Both the position numbers and the translations under genes were made by a program. 64,000 bases of DNA, from contig NC_092677.1 of assembly GCF_964355755.1 (NCBI RefSeq), positions 10,500,101-10,564,100 of the forward strand. Direction: 5' to 3'. The notes beneath the pieces are model-generated. The model was given only the letters and a program-made list of their open reading frames with translations, did not search any database and was not told where the DNA came from. Of the stretch, positions 63,903 to 64,000 are shown piece by piece. This DNA is from Antedon mediterranea (Eukaryota; Animalia; Echinodermata). Each line of letters starts with the position of its first letter. Within the stretch, counting starts at the first letter, position 1.

Positions 63903-64000
63903 CTAACATAGAGAAATATTAAGAACAAATTGATATCACACAAACATGAAATAATTAGACACATTGTGAACCGGATTGAGAAGACATTACTTTATACTGA

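Noticed and set aside
42381-63909. Dozens of short ORFs ([11 protein letters not shown].., [12 protein letters not shown]..) as a family of small secreted peptide genes
   Set aside because: Their starts are GTG/ATG in intron sequence or alternative frames of the EGF exons; the hydrophobic leader is the translated polypyrimidine tract.

Overview
AT-rich animal genomic DNA with spliceosomal GT-AG introns; gene and repeat content suggest a marine invertebrate, probably an echinoderm (inference). From left to right: (1) an intronless three-Ig-domain type I membrane protein (minus); (2) a 7-exon HERPUD gene (plus); (3) a 12-exon two-domain phosphoethanolamine N-methyltransferase (plus) with a 5'-truncated but open LINE in intron 6; (4) a foldback/Mutator-like element; and (5) from 26016 to the right edge, the 3' part of a giant minus-strand EGF-repeat membrane protein gene. 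That gene has about 89 one-EGF-per-exon symmetric (phase 1-1) exons in this window, counted by eye. About 71 are 123-nt exons, nearly all near-identical, encoding an unusual 8-cysteine EGF variant, arranged in nested higher-order repeats with some dead exons. Near the membrane a half-EGF ends in an RRRR furin site, followed by two EGFs, a TM helix and a short tail. Its introns hold Penelope-like remnants with minimal hammerhead ribozymes, a Helitron, MITEs, SINEs and a 5-bp-TSD hAT-like element. All calls were made by eye with no database searches.
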